This document shows positions 28,674 through 37,938 of a stretch of 37,938 nt of DNA, one piece after another; the stretch's first letter is position 1, and every line of letters starts with the position of its first letter. A model generated the notes under the pieces. That model searched no databases, was not told where the DNA came from, and saw only the letters and a list, made by a program, of their open reading frames with translations. The translations under genes were made by a program, and so were the position numbers. The stretch lies in sequence record SRR22947725_6578, one strand, 5' to 3'.

Positions 28674-28738
28674 TTATGAGTCAATGTCCATTAAAATACA
28701 GTAAAAACAAAGTTTTACCGTATTATATTGACCCATAA
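28674..28738. repeat. AT-rich 65-bp imperfect inverted-repeat element between convergent genes
   Basis: Outer arms TTATGAGTCAATGT and ATATTGACCCATAA are 12/14 complementary. Inner arms are AATAC-A-GTAAAA and TTTTAC-C-GTATT. Confidence 0.7.
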
Positions 28739-28790
28739 AATCGGATTTTTAGCGCGATACAAGCGATAACAGATCCAACAGTTGGCGTCC

Positions 28791-29777
28791 TTAATCCCGC
28801 TTCCGATAAAGGTCTACGAGGCTTTGAGCTGCCGCCGTTGCGGGTACTTCCCCCGCACCGACCTGATCTTCAAGCCGGGTAACCGCCGCACGCACGGCCG
28901 TACTTTGTTTGAGTTCTTCTAGCAAGATTTCTGCAGTTTCGCCCCACATCCAAGCCTTGGACTGCGTCATCCTAAGCTGCTGCCCCTCGCCGCTCTCGGT
29001 CAGCTTTTCGGTAAAACCCACCAAGGTTGACCAAGCCGTCTCAATGCCCACGCCTTCGAGCGCCGAGCAAGCCTGGACTTCCGGCTTGATCGCCTTAAAC
29101 CGGGCCCGCATGAAGGTCAGCGCCGCTCGATAGTCAGCCACGGTTTGCTGTGAGATCAACGCTTGCGGGCCATCGGATTTGTTAACGAGTACCAGATCAG
29201 CCAGCTCCATAATGCCGCGCTTGATGCCTTGTAAATCATCGCCACCACCCGGCGATAACAACAATAGGAACAGATCGGTCATATCCGACACCGCCGTTTC
29301 AGACTGCCCGACGCCTACGGTTTCAATCAAGACCACGTCAAAACCCGCCGCCTCACACAAAAGCATAGACTCGCGAGTTCGCCGGGTAACCCCCCCAAGG
29401 GTTCGCCCCGCCGGCGAGGGCCGCACAAACGCATTGGGATTCACCGACAAATCCGGCATCCTTGTTTTATCGCCTAAAATCGAGCCACCGGTGACGGCGG
29501 ACGTTGGATCCACCGCGAGGACCGCGACCTTATGGCCAAGGCTCGTCAAATAACGCCCCAGCGCTTCAATGAACGTCGATTTTCCAACACCCGGCGCACC
29601 CGAAATACCGATCCGCAGTGCGCCGCCCGCTGCCGACATGACATTAGACAATAAGGCGGCGGCATCAAGGCGATGCACAGCCTTTGTAGATTCCACCAAG
29701 GTGATCCCCTTGGCCAGCGCCCGGCGTTGCCCCGCAAGAATCTGCTGCGCTAAGGCCTGCATAGCGCTATCCACCAC
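28791..29777 (-). CDS. meaB: Methylmalonyl-CoA mutase-associated GTPase MeaB
   Basis: P-loop GAPGVGKST, AVDPTS, GGSILGDKTRM, ETVGVGQSE, GDDLQGIKRGIME and NKSD. Lies directly downstream of the mutase. Confidence 0.96.
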   Translation of the reverse strand: MVDSAMQALAQQILAGQRRALAKGITLVESTKAVHRLDAAALLSNVMSAAGGALRIGISGAPGVGKSTFIEALGRYLTSLGHKVAVLAVDPTSAVTGGSILGDKTRMPDLSVNPNAFVRPSPAGRTLGGVTRRTRESMLLCEAAGFDVVLIETVGVGQSETAVSDMTDLFLLLLSPGGGDDLQGIKRGIMELADLVLVNKSDGPQALISQQTVADYRAALTFMRARFKAIKPEVQACSALEGVGIETAWSTLVGFTEKLTESGEGQQLRMTQSKAWMWGETAEILLEELKQSTAVRAAVTRLEDQVGAGEVPATAAAQSLVDLYRKRD

Positions 29778-29829
29778 GGCATGCTCGCCCTTTCGGGCAG
29801 CCCTGCCATCTTGCCTCCAAGCCCGCCAT

Positions 29830-31983
29830 TTATCCGGCCTGCAAGGACTGATCGATGAGGCTCAGAACCTCGGCGGCCGCAACGGGAATGTTGGTGCCAG
29901 GGCCAAAAATGGCTGAAACGCCAGCCGCTGTTAGCATGTCATAGTCTTTTGGCGGAATCACACCACCACAAATCACCAGAATCTCGCCGGCGCCGGCAGC
30001 TTGCAAAGCCGTTATTAACGACGGCACTAAGGTTTTATGACCAGCGGCTTGAGAGGACACCCCCACCACGTGCACATCGTTTTCGATCGCTTGCTGGGCG
30101 GCCTCCTCTGGCGTTTGAAACATCGGGCCCACATCCACATCAAAGCCTAAGTCGGCAAAAGCGGTTGCAATGACTTTCGCGCCTCGATCATGGCCATCTT
30201 GGCCCATTTTAACCACCAGCATGCGAGGACGACGGCCATGGGCCTCGGCAAACGCCTCGACATCGGATTTGATTCCCATAAATTGCGCATCTCCTTCATA
30301 GGCGGCGCTGTAAACGCCCGATATCGACCGGTGCTGGGCTTTGTGTCGACCCCATAAATTTTCGAGCGCTTCAGAGATTTCCCCAACGGTTGCCCGGGCG
30401 CGCGCGGCGTCCACCGCCAGCGCCAGCAGGTTCTCCGACTCTGAGCCTGCGCCTTTTGCCAGCAAGGCTAAGGCTGCATCACAGGCGCCCTGGTCTCGCT
30501 CGGCTTTTACCCGCGCTAATTTTTCGACCTGAGATATCCTCACAGCGCTGTTATCAATATCCAGCACGTCGATCTCAGGCTCAACCTCTAGCTGGTATTT
30601 ATTAACCCCAATAATCACCTCTTCGCCGCGATCGATGCGCGCCTGACGTTGGGCTGCCGCTTCCTCGATACGCAGTTTTGGCATACCGCTTTCAACCGCT
30701 TTGGTCATGCCCCCCAGCGCCTCAACTTCTTCAATCATGACCCGGGCCTCGGCAACCAGGGATGCCGTCAAGGACTCGACGTAATACGAGCCCGCCAAGG
30801 GATCCACCACATTGGTGATGCCGGTTTCTTCCTGAATCAGCAGCTGGGTATTGCGCGCGATCCGAGACGAAAACGGCGTTGGCAGGGCCAGCGCTTCGTC
30901 AAAGGAATTGGTGTGCAAAGACTGAGTACCGCCTAAAACAGCTGACAGCGCCTCGATCGTCGTGCGCATAATATTGTTGTACGGGTCTTGGCTGGTCAAG
31001 CTGACCCCAGAGGTCTGACAATGGGTTCGCAGCACCCAAGAATTGCTATTTTTTGGGGCAAACTTCTCTTGCATCATGGTCGCCCAAAGGATGCGTGCGG
31101 CGCGCAGCTTTGCGATTTCCATAAAGAAATTCATACCAATGCCGAAAAAGAACGACAGCCTTGGCGCGAACGCATCCACATCCAGCCCCCGATCGATCGC
31201 TGTTCGAACGTATTCAAGCCCATCGGCGATCGTGAACGCGAGCTCCTGCACATTCGTCGCCCCGGCTTCCTGCATATGGTAGCCACTGATCGAGATGGAA
31301 TTGAATTTCGGCATCTTCTCGGCGGTGTAACCAATAATATCCGCCACAATCCGCATGGAGGGCTCGGGTGGATAGATGTAGGTGTTGCGGACCATAAATT
31401 CTTTCAGAATGTCGTTCTGCAAGGTGCCGGCAAGCTGCTCGGGCGCCACACCCTGCTCTTCCGCCGCGACAATATAGCTGGCCATGACCGGTAGCACCGC
31501 GCCGTTCATGGTCATCGATACCGAGACCTGATCGAGCGGAATGCCGTCAAATAGAACTTTCATGTCTTCGACCGAGTCGATGGCAACACCGGCTTTACCG
31601 ACATCGCCCACAACCCGAGCATGGTCTGAATCGTAACCACGATGGGTCGGCAGATCGAAAGCAACGGACAGGCCTTGTTGACCTGCTGCTAAATTCGCTC
31701 GGTAAAAGGCATTGGATTCTTCAGCGGTTGAGAACCCGGCATATTGCCGAACGGTCCAGGGCCGGCCGGCATACATCGTGGCCTTGGGTCCGCGCGCAAA
31801 CGGACTGAACCCCGGCAGATTTTCCAAGTGATCAATTCCCGCCAAATCTTCTTGGGTATAAACGGGCTTCACCGCAATGCCTTCAGCCGTCTGCCAAGTC
31901 AGATCTTCGAGGGGCCGGCCTCTCAGTTCTTTTGAGGCCAACGCTGACCACTGCGCTAAATTGGGCTTTTCCTGATCCGTCAT
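29830..31983 (-). CDS. scpA: Methylmalonyl-CoA mutase (AdoCbl-dependent)
   Basis: Motifs [37 protein letters not shown] and HCQTSG. B12-binding GQDGHDRG (DxHxxG). GGGAGGG RBS. Confidence 0.97.
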   Translation of the reverse strand: MTDQEKPNLAQWSALASKELRGRPLEDLTWQTAEGIAVKPVYTQEDLAGIDHLENLPGFSPFARGPKATMYAGRPWTVRQYAGFSTAEESNAFYRANLAAGQQGLSVAFDLPTHRGYDSDHARVVGDVGKAGVAIDSVEDMKVLFDGIPLDQVSVSMTMNGAVLPVMASYIVAAEEQGVAPEQLAGTLQNDILKEFMVRNTYIYPPEPSMRIVADIIGYTAEKMPKFNSISISGYHMQEAGATNVQELAFTIADGLEYVRTAIDRGLDVDAFAPRLSFFFGIGMNFFMEIAKLRAARILWATMMQEKFAPKNSNSWVLRTHCQTSGVSLTSQDPYNNIMRTTIEALSAVLGGTQSLHTNSFDEALALPTPFSSRIARNTQLLIQEETGITNVVDPLAGSYYVESLTASLVAEARVMIEEVEALGGMTKAVESGMPKLRIEEAAAQRQARIDRGEEVIIGVNKYQLEVEPEIDVLDIDNSAVRISQVEKLARVKAERDQGACDAALALLAKGAGSESENLLALAVDAARARATVGEISEALENLWGRHKAQHRSISGVYSAAYEGDAQFMGIKSDVEAFAEAHGRRPRMLVVKMGQDGHDRGAKVIATAFADLGFDVDVGPMFQTPEEAAQQAIENDVHVVGVSSQAAGHKTLVPSLITALQAAGAGEILVICGGVIPPKDYDMLTAAGVSAIFGPGTNIPVAAAEVLSLIDQSLQAG

Positions 31984-32097
31984 CCTTCCCTCCCACTCAC
32001 CAGATAATATTGATGCTTTATGGCTCAGCAGTCTATCGAATCTGAGGAAGCACTGAAACCGACAAAGACTCGCAATCCACGGGATAACGCACGCGGG

Positions 32098-33885
32098 TTA
32101 GTCCGCGAGCGCCTGCGCCTCGGCGGCGATCCAATCGGTCATCGTTTGCTCGAGCATCGATAAGGGGATTGCACCGTTTTCCAACATCCGGTCGTGAAAC
32201 CGGCGCAGATCAAACCCATCGCCCAAAGCCGAACTTGCTCGCTGGCGAAGTTCCGACATCTTCAACTGACCAATCTTGTAGGCCAGTGCTTGGCCTGGCC
32301 AGGAAATATAACGATCGATCTCGTTCACAATATCGAGTTTTTTACGCGGCGCGTTGGCGACAAAGTAGGCGATCGCCTCGTCCCGCGTCCAGCCTTTGTA
32401 ATGCATCCCGGTATCCACCACCAAGCGCACCGCGCGCCACATGTCGTAACTCAATTGTCCAAACCGGCTGTAAGGGTCCTGATAAAGGCCAACATCGTAA
32501 CCGAGCCGTTCGCTGTACAGGCCCCAGCCTTCGGTAAACACCGTGTATCCGGAATAACGCCGAAAATTCGGCAGCCCCTCGAGCTCCTGTTGCAATGCAA
32601 TTTGCAGATGATGGCCTGGCACCGCTTCGTGCACGGTCAACACTTCGATCTCAAATTTGGGTCTGGCTGACGGATCATACAAGTTGACCCAGTAATATCC
32701 GGGGCGACTGCCATCGGCTGCAGGCCGGGTGTAGTAAGCGGTCGTGGTATCCGGCGCGACCGCCTCTGGAATGACCTGAATGCCATAGGGCATGCGCGGC
32801 AGTTTGGTGAACAATTGCACAAGGGTTGGGTCTATCTGTTTTGCCGTTGCCTGGTAGGCCTGCAGTAGGTCTCGTGGATCCTTGTAATAAAACTGCGGGT
32901 CGTTACGTAAAAATTCAAAAAATGCCGTTAAGGACCCCTTAAACTCGACGTCATTCATGACGGCAGTCATCTCTGCGCGGATCCGAGCCACTTCCGTCAG
33001 TCCGATTTGGTGCACGTCCTCTGGGGTCATATCGGTTGTGGTAAAGGCGCGCACTCGAGATTCATAGTAGGCCCGGCCATTGGGTAAGCTTGAGGCGCCG
33101 ATATCCGCTCGGCAGGCGGGTAAGTAGGTCTCGTTAAAGAACGCATAAAGCTTTTCGTAAGCTGGGCGTACTTTGGCCGCAATGACCGTTTGCGCCGCTT
33201 GCTGCAATCGGACTTGATCCGGCGCCGCCATGGCCGCCGGCATCTGCTTAAACGGCTTGTAAAACAAACTGTCGGTTGCCTGCGCAACCAGCTGCTTTTC
33301 GATCTGAGCCGGTACGCGCTCCATGGTGATTTTGGGCGGCACATAGCCCTGCTCGATCCCCTGCGTCATCAGATCAATCGTTTGATCCATGAGCACGTCA
33401 ATCTGCTCGAGTCGGGCCAGCCAATCTTCAAAGTCCTGAACGCTTTGCAGTCCCATCCGATCGCCCGTTTCATCCAGCGTTTGAATCCCGCCGCGTTGGC
33501 TAATTGGCATCAGGTGCGTTGGATGTTCTGCTGCCGCCGCGCGTTCGCTGTAGGCCTGGAAAAAGAGCTCGAAGTTCACCCTATCCGCCTCGGACAAACG
33601 CTCAAGATCGATCGATTCAAGGCGTTTGAGCACCTCCTTAGTTTGCTCAGCCCGTTGGACAAAGGCCGCTTTTGACAGATCTCGCCATTGGTCATTGTAC
33701 CGACGATCCCCCAGCATGGACGCCCAAACCGGGCTTTGGCGCATGTCCTCGTTCCAACTGTCTTCAAAGATTTGATGGAGCTGGATCGCGGCTGGTGCTC
33801 GGGATACCACTTCTGAGAAAACGACTTGCGCCTGGCACAAGGCAAAAACGCTCAATAGAACGTGACAAAACTGCATTCTGCCCAT
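32098..33885 (-). CDS. DUF885 family protein (secreted, zincin-like)
   Basis: Signal peptide, HEAVPGHHLQ, EGWGLYSE, RAVRLVVDTGMH and RYISWPGQALAYKIG. Confidence 0.92.
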   Translation of the reverse strand: MGRMQFCHVLLSVFALCQAQVVFSEVVSRAPAAIQLHQIFEDSWNEDMRQSPVWASMLGDRRYNDQWRDLSKAAFVQRAEQTKEVLKRLESIDLERLSEADRVNFELFFQAYSERAAAAEHPTHLMPISQRGGIQTLDETGDRMGLQSVQDFEDWLARLEQIDVLMDQTIDLMTQGIEQGYVPPKITMERVPAQIEKQLVAQATDSLFYKPFKQMPAAMAAPDQVRLQQAAQTVIAAKVRPAYEKLYAFFNETYLPACRADIGASSLPNGRAYYESRVRAFTTTDMTPEDVHQIGLTEVARIRAEMTAVMNDVEFKGSLTAFFEFLRNDPQFYYKDPRDLLQAYQATAKQIDPTLVQLFTKLPRMPYGIQVIPEAVAPDTTTAYYTRPAADGSRPGYYWVNLYDPSARPKFEIEVLTVHEAVPGHHLQIALQQELEGLPNFRRYSGYTVFTEGWGLYSERLGYDVGLYQDPYSRFGQLSYDMWRAVRLVVDTGMHYKGWTRDEAIAYFVANAPRKKLDIVNEIDRYISWPGQALAYKIGQLKMSELRQRASSALGDGFDLRRFHDRMLENGAIPLSMLEQTMTDWIAAEAQALAD

Positions 33886-33989
33886 ATTGACGACTCAAAC
33901 CGGTTTAGCCCACTATATCATCGCAAAAGCTTAAAGCTCGCTTTCCAAGCGCCAAAAAGACCTCGTCTCGAACCAGCAGCAGGCTAAAT

Positions 33990-34018
33990 AAAAAAGGCGC
34001 TAGAACCTTCTAGCGCCT
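33990..34018 (-). terminator. Rho-independent terminator downstream of the 34100-36313 ORF
   Basis: Minus strand reads AGGCGCTAGAA-GG-TTCTAGCGCCT followed by TTTTT(ATTT). Confidence 0.85.
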
Positions 34019-34099
34019 AATTCAACGACACACTACCCTCGCAAAGGCGGTGAAATAAAAAATTTCACCTAATGCTATTCTTTGCTGCGGCCCGCGACC

Positions 34100-36313
34100 T
34101 TAATCTATCAGCGGCGTCGGGTCAGCGCCAACAACGAGCTCCCCATGCACCACCGCAGGTTGACCCTTGTTTAGGAGGGCGCAGGTTTGCACGTTGTCAG
34201 GGTCGACACAGGTCGGCGGCTCACCGATATAGTCCGGGGACCCTGCCTCGCCCAGGACCGTTAGCGCTTCATCCGCTAACAGATCGCTGAAGGTCAGAGT
34301 ATATTCGCCAGGCTGACTCTCTGACGCGTCCAGGGCTTTAAGCCACTCTTCTCCGTCGAGCGCCTTCACGAAGTATTCCGTGCCACTGAGATCAGTTATT
34401 GTGCTGCCATCTGGAATAGTAAACCGACTTAGGTAGCGATAGCTGTCTTGGCACTCATTCACGAACTCCCCCTTATCCTCACCGGTTACCGTGTCGTAAA
34501 CGAAGCCTGGCACGCCGCGCAACTCCCCATGTCCTGCGAACTCGAGCGATAATCGCTTGCCGCCGTCACGGCCAAATGCTTCCGAATCTGGAACCTCGTA
34601 GTACATCGTCCGAGGCGCCGCGATATTGACCGGCTCACCACTGGCATCCAAGAGGGCATAACTAGGTTGAAGGTCCAAACTCACGCTGTAAGTCGTTAAT
34701 CCAATCGTCTCATAAAGCTTTTGAGTGCAATATCGTGTTTCAGATTCGTCATCGCCCGTAAAGGCAGGATGATCTTCATACACCCCATTGTTGTTATTGC
34801 ACTCCAGCTTGGGCAGATCTGTTTCAGACACCAACTGGCCCGTGCGCAAACCGTAATTCAGGCTTTCCACCCAGCCATCTGGTCGTGCGTAGGTCGCCGT
34901 GCCAAAGGCGTTCCAAGGGTCTTCCACGCTTTTGATATATTGGTTAATGACAGCGCCCTTCGATAGGGGCTGACCGCCGACGTCAAAGCCTGAGTTGTTT
35001 GGTTTATACCGCACCACCGAGGATGCCCGGATGCCATCCCACCATTGCCCCTTCTCGAAGCGTTCCGTAAAGACCGCACCAGAGCCACTTCTGGTATAAA
35101 AGAATAAATCAATGGCTGAGACGTCTTGCTCCGCATCGTCTCCTAGCTCGGCAAAGGTAAACCCATCCCCAAAACTGACCGATACGTTATATCCCGCATC
35201 CGACTCAAAGAAGCTCGGGCTTTGCAAGCCGACGCGCTCCCAGGTGTCGCCGTTAAAGAGGGATAATAACTTCAGTGTGAGACCCGGGCGGCCGCGATTG
35301 GTGGCGACCCCGCCCGTATAACCCAACACAAGCTTGCGAGGATTGACCCCGGACGCCGAAACGGACGTGCCATCACTCTCATAGCCCAATGTGACAGCAG
35401 CACCCGCCGCCACAGTCAACTGAAAGCCTGAGGTCGTGCCTTCCCAATCAACCGGCACCGTGGCGCTCAACCTTTTATTTGTCTCGCCAGCAAAACGATC
35501 GATACTGAGTTCAACCGTCGTTGTACCGGAGTCACCAATGGCTGGCGCCGATTGCAGGTCAAAGGTGACGATCGGCGCCTTACCCCCTTCGCCGGCGATC
35601 AATCGATTCAGATTGACCTCATCTAGGGAGTCTTGTACTTCGAGACGGAGTCGACCGTCGTCTTTACCGCCCTTCGCGATACTAACCCTATTCTCAACGG
35701 TTACGGCTTCTGCCTGCCCTTGCGCCTCATTTGCGGCGACATACACATGATCAACAACCTGTGCGTTGCCAGTTGCGAGCTTGAAGCCTTCTCGGCCCAG
35801 TTCGTTTTCTGGGTTAGACAAGTAGAAAGTATCCAGCAGGTTCGCTGCATTCTCATCTTCGAATATCCGAACGACGGTCGAGTCTTCTGCAAGGAACGGT
35901 CCGCCGTCCGCGAAGGGCGCCGGCGCACTTTTGGAACTGCTCTCGACATAGCCTCCGCAATTTTCTAAATCATTCTGGCCATCTGGCGTCCCGCAGTAAG
36001 CGTAGACAAAGGTCGCCTGCACCTTTTCCGGCGTTAGACAATCCTGGAGACAAACCAAATCCGTTGGGATATCGGCGGGCGAAATGAATTCTGTTGTCTC
36101 TGTCGTAATGCCACCACGAGACGCATCGAATGGGTCATAGAACTCGGGCGCCTCACCCACAGGCGCCGACAAGGTTGGGTCTTTCAAAGCCGCTGGGCTA
36201 ATGTCATACCACTGCCGGGTATCATTCGACCAGACCCCCATCGGACGCACATCGGTGTAGATAATGGCAACCCCATTCTCATCGACCCAACCATAGTCTT
36301 CGACTTTCTTCAT
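34100..36313 (-). CDS. Large acidic hypothetical protein; probably the C-terminal part of a frameshifted surface lipoprotein
   Basis: 737-aa ORF, D/E/G/T-rich with Cys pairs, typical of extracellular proteins, yet with no signal peptide or clear RBS. The frame stays open upstream to 36367, overlapping the previous ORF in the -1 frame. Confidence 0.7.
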   Translation of the reverse strand: MKKVEDYGWVDENGVAIIYTDVRPMGVWSNDTRQWYDISPAALKDPTLSAPVGEAPEFYDPFDASRGGITTETTEFISPADIPTDLVCLQDCLTPEKVQATFVYAYCGTPDGQNDLENCGGYVESSSKSAPAPFADGGPFLAEDSTVVRIFEDENAANLLDTFYLSNPENELGREGFKLATGNAQVVDHVYVAANEAQGQAEAVTVENRVSIAKGGKDDGRLRLEVQDSLDEVNLNRLIAGEGGKAPIVTFDLQSAPAIGDSGTTTVELSIDRFAGETNKRLSATVPVDWEGTTSGFQLTVAAGAAVTLGYESDGTSVSASGVNPRKLVLGYTGGVATNRGRPGLTLKLLSLFNGDTWERVGLQSPSFFESDAGYNVSVSFGDGFTFAELGDDAEQDVSAIDLFFYTRSGSGAVFTERFEKGQWWDGIRASSVVRYKPNNSGFDVGGQPLSKGAVINQYIKSVEDPWNAFGTATYARPDGWVESLNYGLRTGQLVSETDLPKLECNNNNGVYEDHPAFTGDDESETRYCTQKLYETIGLTTYSVSLDLQPSYALLDASGEPVNIAAPRTMYYEVPDSEAFGRDGGKRLSLEFAGHGELRGVPGFVYDTVTGEDKGEFVNECQDSYRYLSRFTIPDGSTITDLSGTEYFVKALDGEEWLKALDASESQPGEYTLTFSDLLADEALTVLGEAGSPDYIGEPPTCVDPDNVQTCALLNKGQPAVVHGELVVGADPTPLID

Positions 36314-37263
36314 CTTGCTGATCCACTGAGCGGGCGTAAACCGTTTGGGGTCTCGAGATCCACTGATTCATAGTATGGGTTGAAGCGTACCCCCTTTTCG
36401 AACACAAACTTTTGATCGGTTGCATCAAAGTAGCCTTCATACTCTTGGTAGGCTGCTTCCGAAAAAACATCTATGCCTAAAAGTGCTTTATACTCGGCCG
36501 ACCAATAGGCGTCTTGCACATACAGGGCTAACTTCAACTTATCGAGATCGTTAAGCGCGCGAAACGATTTCGTTCGCTTCTCGACTCGAACCTCCGTCTC
36601 GGCGACCGTAAAGAACTCAGCGGTCTGACTCGCTTCCTGATCGCCAAACACCTCTGGCGTAAACTGGGTATCGGTTTCAACCCTTTGCCTCGCAGCCCCT
36701 CGCCGAACCCTAAAAAATCCTTCGGAGTCGACTTCGGTGGAAGCGGAGGCGCTCGACGCATCAGACACTAGATCAAAGTCTTGATCCAAAACCATGTTTG
36801 CGCGCTTTAAAATTGGTGAGGCAATGACCCCAAGTACGGCATCGACAACCGTCACCGTGACGGCGGCATTCGTTGCGCCTGCAGCATCAGATGCCACAAC
36901 CAAGAGCTCATATTGATTATCTGAATCAGCGTCCACCGGTTTGATGAAACGAGGGGCCTGTGAGAAGCGGATGTCACCGTTGCTCGCAATGGTAAATTGC
37001 TGGGCGTCCGTACCACTCAAACTGAACTTAATTGTGTCGCCATCAGCATCGCTTGCTGCGGCGGTTACAACAATTGCGGCGTCTCCGGATAAGAACTCGA
37101 CCGTCGACGGCACCGATACTTCGGGCAGCCGATTACTGACAATTGGCGTCGCATCCGCGCCCGAGGCGGGGTCCCCTGGATTTTGACCGCAGGCCTGCAC
37201 GATTAAGAGCAGGCTTAGATAACGACAGACTCTAAACAAGGTACAACCAATTGGAAGGTACAA
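36310..37263 (-). CDS. Putative lipoprotein with cadherin-like domain (N-terminal part of the split gene)
   Basis: Lipobox-like LLLIVQA-C-GQ. Bacterial cadherin repeat NRLP...ASDADGD...FSLSGTDA..F.I...G...DADSDNQYELLVVASD. Start uncertain (TTG 37263 or 37239). Confidence 0.75.
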   Translation of the reverse strand: MYLPIGCTLFRVCRYLSLLLIVQACGQNPGDPASGADATPIVSNRLPEVSVPSTVEFLSGDAAIVVTAAASDADGDTIKFSLSGTDAQQFTIASNGDIRFSQAPRFIKPVDADSDNQYELLVVASDAAGATNAAVTVTVVDAVLGVIASPILKRANMVLDQDFDLVSDASSASASTEVDSEGFFRVRRGAARQRVETDTQFTPEVFGDQEASQTAEFFTVAETEVRVEKRTKSFRALNDLDKLKLALYVQDAYWSAEYKALLGIDVFSEAAYQEYEGYFDATDQKFVFEKGVRFNPYYESVDLETPNGLRPLSGSAR

Positions 37264-37271
37264 CCAATTGG
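37238..37271. repeat. 17-bp perfect tandem duplication AAGGTACAACCAATTGG x2
   Basis: Units at 37238-37254 and 37255-37271. Each contains the palindrome CCAATTGG. The repeat overlaps the start region of the lipoprotein gene. Confidence 0.92.
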
Positions 37272-37677
37272 AGAGCGCTTAGATAGTTTATCGGTTTTCT
37301 AGGCGAGAGCTTTAGAGATTTTGGGAAATTTAAGCGCTTTATTTAGACCCACGAAGTGCTGCTGCGGCCCCTCTTCAACCTCCTGAGGATCGATACCTTA
37401 ATGCGACCCTATTTATTCGTAAAATCGGCCCAATAAATTTTTTGAAACCCTAAAAAATCTCGCGAGGAGCGCGCTGGTCTGGGCCAAGCCCTGGCATAGA
37501 CCTCATCTTGCGAGCTCAACCATTCGGCAATATCCCTGCCCCAGTCATTTGCTCAGGCCGAAAAAAGTAGCGCTCACCGGATGTAATGAGTACCGCAGGA
37601 TCGATAGTTCAACAATATTACCGAAATTGAAGCACCGAAAATGTAAGTGGGACTGTCGTTCGAGCAAACCACATGGA

Positions 37678-37938
37678 CTATTGCTGAATCAAGGCACTAG
37701 TGTGGTTCACCGGAATGTGCGAGCTCGGCGCGACCCGCCAAACCACACCGCCAACGTCATCGGCCACTAAAATACCGCCGTTTTGATCGACCACAACCCC
37801 AACCGGCCGACCCATAGCCCGACCCTTATCGTCTAGGAATCCAGTCAGGATTGGCAACGGCGCGCCGACGGGTTGACCCGATGTATCGAACGGCACAAAG
37901 ATTACTTGGTAGCCGCTTTTGGGTTCGCGATTCCAGGA
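37678..37938 (-). CDS. L-sorbosone dehydrogenase / PQQ-dependent sugar dehydrogenase family, C-terminal fragment (5' end outside window)
   Basis: Frame is open from the window end: [17 protein letters not shown]...LTGFL...[27 protein letters not shown]. Confidence 0.9.
   Translation of the reverse strand, partial: SWNREPKSGYQVIFVPFDTSGQPVGAPLPILTGFLDDKGRAMGRPVGVVVDQNGGILVADDVGGVVWRVAPSSHIPVNHTSALIQQ

Noticed and set aside
28651-28678. dif-like XerC/XerD site (GGCGCGCATCA resembles the E. coli XerC arm at 9/11)
   Set aside because: The XerD arm, normally the more conserved one, matches only 5/11 after a 6-bp spacer.
31984-32097. Cobalamin riboswitch upstream of the mutase
   Set aside because: The gap is only 114 bp and has no recognisable B12-box.
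34030-34069. Possible riboswitch upstream of DUF885 (GCAAA-containing stem and GGTGAAAT/ATTTCACC hairpin)
   Set aside because: It does not match the c-di-GMP-I or other aptamer consensus I know. It lies between a stop codon and that gene's terminator, so it is probably 3'-UTR structure.
107-37770. Numerous 60-180 aa ORFs in the six-frame track overlapping the called genes (e.g. 4658-5116, 20531-21082, 30988-31494, 33190-33675)
   Set aside because: They are antisense or alternate-frame shadows of well-supported genes, with no motifs, as expected in GC-rich coding DNA.

Overview
Gene-dense, moderately GC-rich bacterial chromosomal window. The gene families suggest a marine heterotrophic gammaproteobacterium (inference only). 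It holds about 27 CDS. I saw no rRNA, tRNA, transposase, integrase or CRISPR array. Routine content: double-domain DsbA/HCCA-isomerase protein, membrane-anchored arylsulfatase, HI0933 flavoprotein, MltC-like transglycosylase, SDR, D-aminoacylase-type amidohydrolase, epoxide hydrolase, MAPEG, GNAT, nitronate monooxygenase, methylmalonyl-CoA mutase plus MeaB, DUF885 and a partial sorbosone dehydrogenase. Four things stand out. (1) A hidden selenoprotein: two ORF-track fragments (8155-8487 and 8509-8805) form one in-frame 216-aa peroxiredoxin-like gene with a W-U(TGA)-P-Y-C motif and a SECIS-like hairpin just after the UGA, coupled to a VOC gene. (2) An exported pair: a 1215-aa two-CxxCH protein with dockerin-like repeats and two CBM60-like inserts, plus a Tat-exported DUF1501 protein. 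(3) A three-gene operon of two GcvT-family dehydrogenases and a Rieske oxygenase, resembling glycine-betaine demethylation but without a reductase. (4) A cadherin-containing lipoprotein gene split at a -1 junction that contains an X_XXY_YYZ heptamer. Several short tandem duplications and an AT-rich inverted-repeat element lie in intergenic DNA. Family assignments come from motif recognition by eye, not database searches.
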